A stretch of 32,000 nucleotides of DNA from Candidatus Moranella endobia PCIT (GTDB lineage: Bacteria; Pseudomonadota; Gammaproteobacteria; Enterobacterales; Enterobacteriaceae): positions 180,001 through 212,000 of the forward strand of contig NC_015735.1 in NCBI RefSeq assembly GCF_000219175.1, given 5' to 3'. Positions within the stretch are counted from its first letter, which is position 1, and each line of letters starts with the position of its first letter. A program made the position numbers and the translations under genes. Positions 23,863 to 32,000 of this stretch are shown piece after piece. The notes under the pieces were generated by a model, which worked only from the letters and a program-made list of their open reading frames with translations, was not told the origin of the DNA and made no database searches.

Positions 23863-24167
23863 TCCGGTATATTTTAGATATTTTACCGTCTGCTGGTTTT
23901 CTACTATTGTGCAAAGATACTAAGGATAAAGCTTTACCATAGCCATAATGTGTTTACAGGCAGAATATATTAATTATTAATAGATATTAATACATTCTAA
24001 TTGGGATTAACGATATGCAACTACTACCTATAACTAGTAGAAGTTGGTGACTTTAAGATAGATAAATATATTTTGTCCGTTGATTATCAACGTTCACTAC
24101 GACTTACTAATAATAAAGTAAATATTTACCTGTGATTGCTCCTTTAACTTAAGTAATAGATTATTTT

Positions 24168-25574
24168 ATGACTGTAATTACTGTAGCCGATGTATTGCAA
24201 GGGCACATGCCAACTAACAGTAAAGTAACGATCAATGGTTGGGTGCGTACCAGAAGAGATTCCAAAGCTGGTATCTCATTTATTGACGTATATGATGGTT
24301 CATGTTTTGCGCCATTGCAAACTGTTATTGACAGTAGTTTACCAAATTATCAGCACGATATTTTGCGACTCACTACCGGTTGCTCCGTATCAGTTACCGG
24401 ACGAATAGCAGTAACATTAAGTAGGAGTAAGCATAAGCATTACGAAATACAAGCACAGGAAGTTGAAATACTAGGCTGGGTTGATGATCCAGACACCTAT
24501 CCTATGTCAGCTAAGCGCCATAGTTTGGAATATCTACGCGAAGTGGCCCATCTTCGGCCGCGTACTAATTTAATTGGGGCAGTAGCACGGATACGCCACA
24601 TACTAGCTCAGGCCATACACCGTTTTATGGACGAACAGGGATTTTTCTGGGTATCAACACCGTTGATTACCTCCTCAGATACCGAAGGTGCCGGCGAAAT
24701 GTTTCGCGTTTCTACCCTAGATCTAGAAAATTTACAGTTTACGGCCGATGGTAAAGTAAATTACGCTAAAGATTTCTTTGGTAAAGAAGCATTTTTAACT
24801 GTTTCCGGTCAGTTAAACGGTGAAATTTACGCCTGTGCCCTATCTAAAATATATACTTTTGGTCCGGTATTTCGCGCTGAAAATTCTAATACTAGCCGAC
24901 ACCTCGCAGAATTCTGGATGGTAGAGCCAGAAGTAGCGTTTGCCACCTTGGAGGATGCTGCTAGCTTAGCTGAAACGATGCTTAAGTATGTTTTTCAGGT
25001 AGTATTGAACGAGAGTGCCGAAGATATGCAGTTTTTTGCCGAGCGGGTTAATCAAGAAGCAATAAATCGTCTACAAAACTTTATTTGTGCAGATTTTGCG
25101 CAAATTGAATATACGGAAGCTATAAATGTTCTTCAAAAATGTGGGCAAACATTTAAAAATCAGGTTTTTTGGGGAATGGACTTATCTGCGGAACATGAAA
25201 GATTCTTGGCAGAAAAATATTTCAAAGTACCAGTAGCAGTTAAGAATTATCCTAAACATCTGAAATCGTTCTACATGCGAATGAATGACGATGGTAAAAC
25301 AGTAGCAGCAATGGATGTTCTAGCACCTGGCATTGGTGAAATAATTGGTGGTTCACAGCGTGAAGAACGCTTGGACAGGTTAGATATGCGTTTGGAAGAA
25401 ATGGGCCTCAATAAAGAAAATTACTGGTGGTATCGTGATTTACGCCGCTATGGAACCGTACCACATGCAGGTTTTGGATTAGGGTTCGAGAGATTAATCA
25501 GTTATGTTACAGGAATACAAAATATTCGTGATGTAATACCCTTCCCCCGAAGTGCACGCCATGTGAATTTCTGA
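24168..25574 (+). CDS. asnS: Asparagine--tRNA ligase
   Basis: 468 aa; [91 protein letters not shown]. Confidence 0.98.
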   Translation: MTVITVADVLQGHMPTNSKVTINGWVRTRRDSKAGISFIDVYDGSCFAPLQTVIDSSLPNYQHDILRLTTGCSVSVTGRIAVTLSRSKHKHYEIQAQEVEILGWVDDPDTYPMSAKRHSLEYLREVAHLRPRTNLIGAVARIRHILAQAIHRFMDEQGFFWVSTPLITSSDTEGAGEMFRVSTLDLENLQFTADGKVNYAKDFFGKEAFLTVSGQLNGEIYACALSKIYTFGPVFRAENSNTSRHLAEFWMVEPEVAFATLEDAASLAETMLKYVFQVVLNESAEDMQFFAERVNQEAINRLQNFICADFAQIEYTEAINVLQKCGQTFKNQVFWGMDLSAEHERFLAEKYFKVPVAVKNYPKHLKSFYMRMNDDGKTVAAMDVLAPGIGEIIGGSQREERLDRLDMRLEEMGLNKENYWWYRDLRRYGTVPHAGFGLGFERLISYVTGIQNIRDVIPFPRSARHVNF

Positions 25575-25825
25575 ATGACAGTATTTAAGCAAATTTGGTC
25601 ATTTGCAGGCGTATAATGTTTCTAGTATTTACATAATATTTAATTAAATAGTTAGTTAAAATTAAACAATTGGTAAATATACGATAATCTATTCTAGTAT
25701 GTGATAGGCTGTAGATGTAGTTTATAGATATTTTATGGTAATTTCACGGTCGATATTATATAAATGTTAAGTATATACATACCATGTAATGTATTATTAG
25801 AATTAGAAATTCATGGTGATTAAAA

Positions 25826-26911
25826 ATGAACAAGGTTTTTAATTTTAGCTCTGGTCCGGCAATGCTTCCGGCGGAAGTATTATCACAAGCACAGCAAGAA
25901 TTGTGTAATTGGCATGGGCTAGGAACATCAGTTATGGAAATCAGCCATCGTAGTAAAGAATTTCTCGAAGTAGTACAAACTTCTGAACGTGACTTACGTG
26001 AATTGCTGAACATTCCAAAAAATTATAAAGTGCTGTTTTGCCATGGTGGCGCGCGCGCGCAATTCGCCGCGGTGCCTATGAATCTGTTAGGCAATCATGT
26101 CCGTGCCGATTATATTGATGGTGGTTATTGGTCGCATAGCGCGTTCACAGAAGCGCAGAAATATTGCAATCCGCGGATTATCAATGTTACCTACGAAAGA
26201 GACGGTTTGCTTGCAATTAAACCAATGTGTGAATGGGCTTTATCTTCCGATAGTGCTTATGTACACTATTGCCCGAATGAAACTATTGATGGTTTGGCTA
26301 TAGATGAGCTACCTGATTTCGGTGAAAGAATAGTCGTAGCAGATTTTTCCTCAACAATTTTATCTAACTCGCTAGAAGTAAGCCGCTTTGGGGTAATTTA
26401 TGCCGGCGCACAAAAAAACATTGGTCCGGCCGGGTTAACATTAGTCATTGTTCGTGAAGATTTATTAGGTAACGCGAGCAAAGCGCTGCCGTCTATTCTA
26501 GATTACAGCGTGCTTGCAAAAAACGATTCAATGTTCAATACCCCACCGACATTTGCTTGGTATCTTTCAGGGCTGGTATTCAAATGGTTAAAAAAGCAGG
26601 GTGGGCTGGAGGAAATGGGTAAACGTAATCAGGCTAAAGCTGCCCTACTGTACCGCACTATCGATGAGAGTGATTTTTACCAAAATACCATTGCTACGTC
26701 CAACCGTTCGCGTGTAAATGTGCCGTTTAAACTAGAGAACAATAAACTTGAAGCGCTGTTTTTGCAGCAATCTCAGACCGCCGGTCTTTATGCACTGAAA
26801 GGACACCGTTTAGTGGGCGGCATGCGAGCATCATTGTATAATGCCATGCCGTTAGAAGGTGTACAAACTCTGGTAGATTTTATGCTCGAATTTATTCGCT
26901 GTTATGGGTAA
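25826..26911 (+). CDS. serC: Phosphoserine aminotransferase
   Basis: 361 aa; [71 protein letters not shown]. Confidence 0.98.
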   Translation: MNKVFNFSSGPAMLPAEVLSQAQQELCNWHGLGTSVMEISHRSKEFLEVVQTSERDLRELLNIPKNYKVLFCHGGARAQFAAVPMNLLGNHVRADYIDGGYWSHSAFTEAQKYCNPRIINVTYERDGLLAIKPMCEWALSSDSAYVHYCPNETIDGLAIDELPDFGERIVVADFSSTILSNSLEVSRFGVIYAGAQKNIGPAGLTLVIVREDLLGNASKALPSILDYSVLAKNDSMFNTPPTFAWYLSGLVFKWLKKQGGLEEMGKRNQAKAALLYRTIDESDFYQNTIATSNRSRVNVPFKLENNKLEALFLQQSQTAGLYALKGHRLVGGMRASLYNAMPLEGVQTLVDFMLEFIRCYG

Positions 26912-26982
26912 CCTATCTGCTTACAATTTTGTAGAGTGTATATATATAATATAAATACTACTACCAGATCATTTTTGGCTCG

Positions 26983-27292
26983 GTTACGGGCGCTATTTCA
27001 TCATCCTTAATCCAAGCGCTTACAGGGACAAAGTATTAGCAGATGTCAGCCAGGATATCTGCCATTGGGTACGGTCGTTCCTGATGCCTTAGGTTTCAAT
27101 TATGTTTAACACGGGCTTAAACAGCAGAAATAGCATACCGACGAGTGTATGCAACAGTTGCAGTAATATGGCTTTAGTGTTAGCTTTGGATGCATTTGAT
27201 CGGAGATCAAAGAACATAACAATCATGATCAAAAGCGAGTATCAATTATCCTAACTAACTATTGATGAAGTTATAGTAAAATTTTTGGCGTC
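26983..27292 (+). pseudogene. cmk: Cytidylate kinase pseudogene/relic
   Basis: One frame gives GTVVPDA (27068), then MQQLQ*YGFSVSFGCI*SEIKEHNNHDQKRV (27149-27241), aligning without gaps to recalled E. coli Cmk [31 protein letters not shown]. Shifted frames give SAYRDKVLAD and TIDEVIVKFLA, matching RAFRELPGLIAD and LSIEQVIEKAL. cmk precedes rpsA in E. coli. Confidence 0.85.
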
Positions 27293-27332
27293 TACCAGGC
27301 AAATTCTGGTGCTATTGTAATAAATAATTACC

Positions 27333-27367
27333 TCGCCGCGAGGAAAGGCAGCGGGCGTGTATAATAA
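27333..27367 (+). promoter_or_regulatory. Candidate rpsA promoter/leader element
   Basis: GC-rich inverted repeat CCTCGC-C-GCGAGG (27333-27345) followed by a perfect TATAAT (27362-27367), about 60 nt before the rpsA start. No good -35 box. Confidence 0.35.
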
Positions 27368-27428
27368 CCCCATCGAGCAGGATGCCTGATGTACGTTAAT
27401 AATCAAAAAATTTTAAAGATTATCAAAT

Positions 27429-29099
27429 ATGACCGAATCTTTTGCTCAACTATTTGAAGAATTTCTAAAAACCATTGAAACCCGTCCTGGGGCCATCATT
27501 CGCGGTACCGTTGTCTCAATTGCGAAAGACGTAGTTATAGTTGACGCTGGCCTAAAATCCGAATCCACTATTCCTATTGAGCAATTCCGCAATACTCTGG
27601 GTGAGCTGGAAATAAAAGTCGGCGATTATGTTGACGTCGCACTGGATGCAGTCGAAGATGGTTTCGGCGAAACGCTATTGTCCCGTGAAAAAGCCAAACG
27701 CTATGAATCCTGGTTGATGCTGGAAAAAGCGTACGAACAAGCTGCCACCGTGATTGGTATCATTAACGGAAAAGTCAAAGGTGGGTTTACCGTAGAAATA
27801 AACGGTATCCGTGCTTTTTTGCCTGGTTCGCTGGTCGACGTACGTCCGGTACGTGATACTCTGCATTTAGAAGGAAAAGATCTTGAGTTTCAAGTCATCA
27901 AGCTTGATCAGAAACGTAATAACGTTGTGGTTTCCCGTCGTGCAGTTATCGAATCTGAAAGTAGCACTGATCGTGATCAGTTGCTTAGCAACCTGCAGGA
28001 AAGCATAACAGTCAAAGGAATCGTAAAAAATCTTACCGACTACGGCGCATTTATTGATCTTGGTGGTGTTGATGGTTTATTGCACATTACCGATATGGCT
28101 TGGAAGCGCGTGAAGCATCCGAGCGAAATAGTGCATATTGGCGAAGAAATAACTGTAAAAGTACTAAAATTTGATCGTGAGCGTACTCGTGTATCCCTTG
28201 GTTTAAAACAACTCAGTGAAGATCCATGGATCGCTATCGCGAAACGTTATCCGGAAGGAATACGATTGATTGGAAAAGTAACTAACCTGACCGAATACGG
28301 CTGCTTCGTTGAAATCGTAGAAGGGGTTGAAGGCTTAGTGCACGTATCAGAAATGGATTGGACCAATAAAAATATTCATCCATCAAAAGTTGTTAACGTG
28401 GGGAAGATGGTGGAAGTAATCGTTCTAGATGTCGACGAAGAACGTCGTCGAATATCACTAGGCATGAAACAGTGCAAAGGCAACCCTTGGCAGAAGTTTG
28501 CTGAAACCTATAAAAAGGGCGACCGTGTAGAGGGTAAAATTAAGTCAATTACCGACTTTGGTGTTTTCATTGGCCTTGATGGTGGTATTGATGGTCTAGT
28601 TCATTCATCTGATATCGCCTGGAATGTAATAGGCGAAGAAGCCGTGAGAGAATACAAGAAGGGTGACGAAATTACTGCAGTAGTTTTACAAGTTGATGCT
28701 GGGCGCGAACGTATTTCTTTGGGAATAAAACAGCTAGTAGAAGATCCATTAAATCACTATCTCTTGTTACATAAAAAAGGCACTATTATTAACGGTACCG
28801 TTACAGCAGTTGACTCAAAAGGTGCAACAGTGGAATTAGTAGGTGGCATAGAAGGGTATCTACCATCTTCTGAAGCTTCGCGTAACCATTTAAATGCTAT
28901 GCTTCTACCGAGTGTCGGCGAAGCTATAGAAGCTATATGCACCAGTATTGATCGCAAAAACCGCGTGGTAAGCTTATCAGTTCGTGCCAAGGAAGAGTCG
29001 GCAAAAAAAGATATAAGTAACTTAAACAACAAACTAGCAGAAGGTAACTTATCCAATGCTATGGCTGAAGCATTTAAAGCTGCAAGCAAGGGTGATTAA
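27429..29099 (+). CDS. rpsA: 30S ribosomal protein S1
   Basis: 556 aa with repeated S1 domains ([72 protein letters not shown]). Confidence 0.98.
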   Translation: MTESFAQLFEEFLKTIETRPGAIIRGTVVSIAKDVVIVDAGLKSESTIPIEQFRNTLGELEIKVGDYVDVALDAVEDGFGETLLSREKAKRYESWLMLEKAYEQAATVIGIINGKVKGGFTVEINGIRAFLPGSLVDVRPVRDTLHLEGKDLEFQVIKLDQKRNNVVVSRRAVIESESSTDRDQLLSNLQESITVKGIVKNLTDYGAFIDLGGVDGLLHITDMAWKRVKHPSEIVHIGEEITVKVLKFDRERTRVSLGLKQLSEDPWIAIAKRYPEGIRLIGKVTNLTEYGCFVEIVEGVEGLVHVSEMDWTNKNIHPSKVVNVGKMVEVIVLDVDEERRRISLGMKQCKGNPWQKFAETYKKGDRVEGKIKSITDFGVFIGLDGGIDGLVHSSDIAWNVIGEEAVREYKKGDEITAVVLQVDAGRERISLGIKQLVEDPLNHYLLLHKKGTIINGTVTAVDSKGATVELVGGIEGYLPSSEASRNHLNAMLLPSVGEAIEAICTSIDRKNRVVSLSVRAKEESAKKDISNLNNKLAEGNLSNAMAEAFKAASKGD

Positions 29100-29299
29100 T
29101 AACAACAGTTGAATAGAGGTAACTATGTTCCCGAGGAAATTTCGACAATGACTTATGTTAATATTGGAACATGATAGCATGGGGCCTAGGTAAATCTACA
29201 TGCTTCATACAATAATACCCAATACCAGTATTTAGCACTTTGCTTTAACAAATTAGCATAATAAGATCAATCAGCAACAGTTATTTTACAGGATAAAAT

Positions 29300-29902
29300 A
29301 TGGTTCTAGTAACTCGTCAAGCCCCCGACTTTACCACTGCCGCTGTGCTCAGCACGGGTGAAATCGTTAATCAGTTCAATCTGCGATCATATATCAAGGA
29401 TAAAACAGCAGTTATTTTTTTCTGGCCGATGGATTTTACGTTTGTTTGCCCATCAGAATTGATTGCGTTTGACAAACGCTATGCAGCATTCCAAAAACGT
29501 GGAGTAAAAATTATCGGTGTATCTTTTGACTCAGAGTTTGTACACCACTACTGGCGGCAGATACCAACCGAAAAAGGTGGCATTGGACCAGTAAAATACC
29601 CAATGGTAGCTGACATCAAACGTGAAATTATTAAAGCATACGGCATTGAACATCCTGATACCGGTGTTGCGCTACGTGGTTCGTTCCTAATCGATAAAAA
29701 AGGAATTATCCGCCATCAGTTGGTTAATGACTTGCCATTTGGCCGTAATATTGACGAGATGATTAGAATGGTTGACGCTTTACAATTCTATGAAGAAAAA
29801 GGCGAGGTATGTCCGGCACAGTGGACAAATGGCCAAGAAGGGATGGAAGCTTCACCTACAGGTGTTGCCAAATATTTGGCAGCAAATATCACTAAGTTGT
29901 GA
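29300..29902 (+). CDS. Typical 2-Cys peroxiredoxin (AhpC/TSA family)
   Basis: 200 aa; peroxidatic FTFVCPSELIAFD, RGSFLIDKKGIIRHQLVNDLPFGRNIDEMIRMVDALQF, resolving GEVCPAQW. Confidence 0.95.
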   Translation: MVLVTRQAPDFTTAAVLSTGEIVNQFNLRSYIKDKTAVIFFWPMDFTFVCPSELIAFDKRYAAFQKRGVKIIGVSFDSEFVHHYWRQIPTEKGGIGPVKYPMVADIKREIIKAYGIEHPDTGVALRGSFLIDKKGIIRHQLVNDLPFGRNIDEMIRMVDALQFYEEKGEVCPAQWTNGQEGMEASPTGVAKYLAANITKL

Positions 29903-29969
29903 TTAGATTAAGCTGTTAGTGATAATATTTTTTTGTATTGTTTTGTAAATAGTTAATTGTATTCATGAG

Positions 29970-31079
29970 TTAGTTAATAGTTAATTGGCGCAGCATACGT
30001 CGTAATGGTTCTGCTGCGCCCCACAATAGCTGGTCGCCAACGGTAAAAGCCGAAATATACTTAGGTCCCATATTTAATTTTCGTAACCTGCCTACTGGCG
30101 TTTTTAATGTTCCTGTTACTGCAGCTGGCGTTAATTCTCGCATAGACAATTCACGGTCGTTAGGCACTACTTTCACCCAGTCATTATGGTTTGCAAGTAA
30201 TTGTTCGATTACTGCCAATGGAATATCCTGCTTTAGTTTCAGCGTAAATGCTTGGCTATGGCAGCGTAGAGATCCTATACGTACGCATAATCCATCTACC
30301 GGAATTGCCTGACTGATATTAAGAATTTTGTTGGTTTCCGCCTGGCCTTTCCATTCTTCACGACTCTGACCATTTTCTAGCTGCTTATCTATCCAAGGTA
30401 TTAAGCTACCAGCAAGAGGTACACAAAAATTATCAATCGGCAGGGTACCGCTGCGGGTCAATTCGGTAACTCGACGCTCGATATCCAGAATAGCCGATAC
30501 TGAATTCTGTAGTGGTTTAGCTACCACATCGTACAATTGCCCCATTTGTAACAATAGTTCACGCATATGGCGGGCGCCACCGCCTGATGCTGCCTGATAG
30601 GTGGCAACTGATACCCATTCAACCAAATTATTGACGAACAAACCACCCAGTGACATAAGCATTAGGCTCACGGTGCAGTTACCGCCGACAAAATTTTTAA
30701 TGCCACGATCCAAACCCTGTTGTATCACTTGCTGGTTGATTGGATCTAGGATAATAACCGCGTCATCGCTCATACGCAACGTTGATGCCGCATCTATCCA
30801 ATATCCTTGCCAGCCGCTTTTACGCAACCGTGGATGGATTTCGTTGGTATAACTACCTCCCTGGCAGGTAACAATAATATCTAGCGCACTTAGCGCCGCT
30901 ATATCCTTGGCATTCTGTAATATACCTTGCTTACCATTGACAAGCGGAGCTAGCTGACCACTTTGGGAGGTAGAAAAAAAGACTGGTTGAATAGCGACAA
31001 AATCTTGCTCTTCATGCATGCGTTGCATTAACACTGAACCAACCATACCGCGCCAGCCAATAAAACCAACCTTTTTCAT
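29970..31079 (-). CDS. asd: Aspartate-semialdehyde dehydrogenase
   Basis: 369 aa; [20 protein letters not shown], active-site [43 protein letters not shown]. Confidence 0.97.
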   Translation of the reverse strand: MKKVGFIGWRGMVGSVLMQRMHEEQDFVAIQPVFFSTSQSGQLAPLVNGKQGILQNAKDIAALSALDIIVTCQGGSYTNEIHPRLRKSGWQGYWIDAASTLRMSDDAVIILDPINQQVIQQGLDRGIKNFVGGNCTVSLMLMSLGGLFVNNLVEWVSVATYQAASGGGARHMRELLLQMGQLYDVVAKPLQNSVSAILDIERRVTELTRSGTLPIDNFCVPLAGSLIPWIDKQLENGQSREEWKGQAETNKILNISQAIPVDGLCVRIGSLRCHSQAFTLKLKQDIPLAVIEQLLANHNDWVKVVPNDRELSMRELTPAAVTGTLKTPVGRLRKLNMGPKYISAFTVGDQLLWGAAEPLRRMLRQLTIN

Positions 31080-31357
31080 AGTTAAATATCCAATCTTAGA
31101 AGTTGCAAATGATTACGTTACTGCTTAGTAAAATTAGCCATTAAACTATATAATAGAGTAAATAAATGTTACAAGTGAAAGTTTTCGTCATTTTAAATCT
31201 TTTTAAGACATTGTTATGCTCGAAAGTTATAGTGTGTCCCCGTCACTACTACTGGCATAGACGTCATAAATGAGTTAGTCAGATGATATATGTCTGTATT
31301 TCTGTGCTAAAATAGCTGTAGCAGAATCATCCACCATTTATCATTCTCCAGTTAATA

Positions 31358-31391
31358 CTGATAGCATTGCTCTTAAGAGCAATGCTATCAG
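31358..31391. repeat. Perfect 34-bp palindrome in non-coding DNA
   Basis: CTGATAGCATTGCTCTT|AAGAGCAATGCTATCAG is identical to its own reverse complement. Confidence 0.95.
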
Positions 31392-32000
31392 CCTGCAAAC
31401 TAAAAACCATATTGAAAGAATGTCATACGTTAATTACGATATGATAATAATTAGTTTAGAAAAAATTCACCTGTGATGAATAAGGTACTTGCAGTTCAGC
31501 TATTTATATTTATTTGCTCACTGAACTGTAATGTAAATAAGGTCACAATGTCTTGTCTATGATAACTAAACAATACATAAACTAGCCAGGTGCATGCTAC
31601 TCTAATCCTGGTTTATAATGTGCGCACCAATATACTGCTAGCTAATCGCTGGTAACAAAACTCATCCTATCATTAGTAAAGTGTTGCTACTAAATAATCT
31701 TCAGACTATAAAGTTACTGATGAAGCGTTACCGGTTATAGTGAAACTAAGCTGCATAGGAGTCATTATTAACTATGAATTTAAGCTGCATTCGATTGGTA
31801 GTAGGCATAATTATTAGTGTAATAACCATGTATTACGGTTATCGTCTACTTGATAAGTAACAAGATTTTGCCAAGAGCATAGTCAACTATACCAATCTTA
31901 CTAAGAGCTAACAAGTAATATAACTACTGGCTAAAATAGCCCATGCTTAAAGTAATTTAGAGCAGTAAATCACAAATAACTACAATCAAATTGTCTAGCT

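Noticed and set aside
26062-26071. Alternating GCGCGCGCGC run in serC, considered as a Z-DNA-like or unstable tract
   Set aside because: Only about 10 bp and encodes the conserved GGARAQF region of SerC; no independent signal.
28757-29089. 110-aa minus-strand ORF opposite the rpsA 3' end
   Set aside because: Antisense shadow of S1 repeats; no domain signal.

Overview
This 32 kb window looks like ordinary chromosome from a reduced gammaproteobacterial endosymbiont genome. Every intact gene resembles an Enterobacteriaceae core gene. The gene set (Baumannia/sharpshooter-symbiont-like: manXYZ, pitA, minCDE, asd, serC, recA retained) suggests that lineage, but I could not check the taxonomy. I recognise 23 protein genes and one tRNA: rne (5' cut off by the window), manZYX, yoaH, dsbB, minC, minD, minE, tsaB, bamD, pitA, rplY, tRNA-Trp, rmuC, ligA, recA, alaS, csrA, asnS, serC, rpsA, a 2-Cys peroxiredoxin and asd. 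Together they cover about 74% of the window. I found no mobile element, CRISPR array, phage gene or candidate defence/novel system. The interesting signal is ongoing gene erosion. There is a clear thiD pseudogene (18231-18987), a cmk relic hidden in the serC-rpsA spacer (about 26983-27292), and a probable zipA C-terminal relic just before ligA. RNase E is truncated just after its AR2-like arginine-rich segment. A 318-bp spacer splits minD from minE. BamD has a non-canonical lipobox (LADC), and AlaRS has a CIGTH substitution in its C-x-G-T-H zinc motif. Strong inverted repeats occur at 31358-31391 (perfect 34-bp palindrome) and 6718-6754 (16-bp stem).
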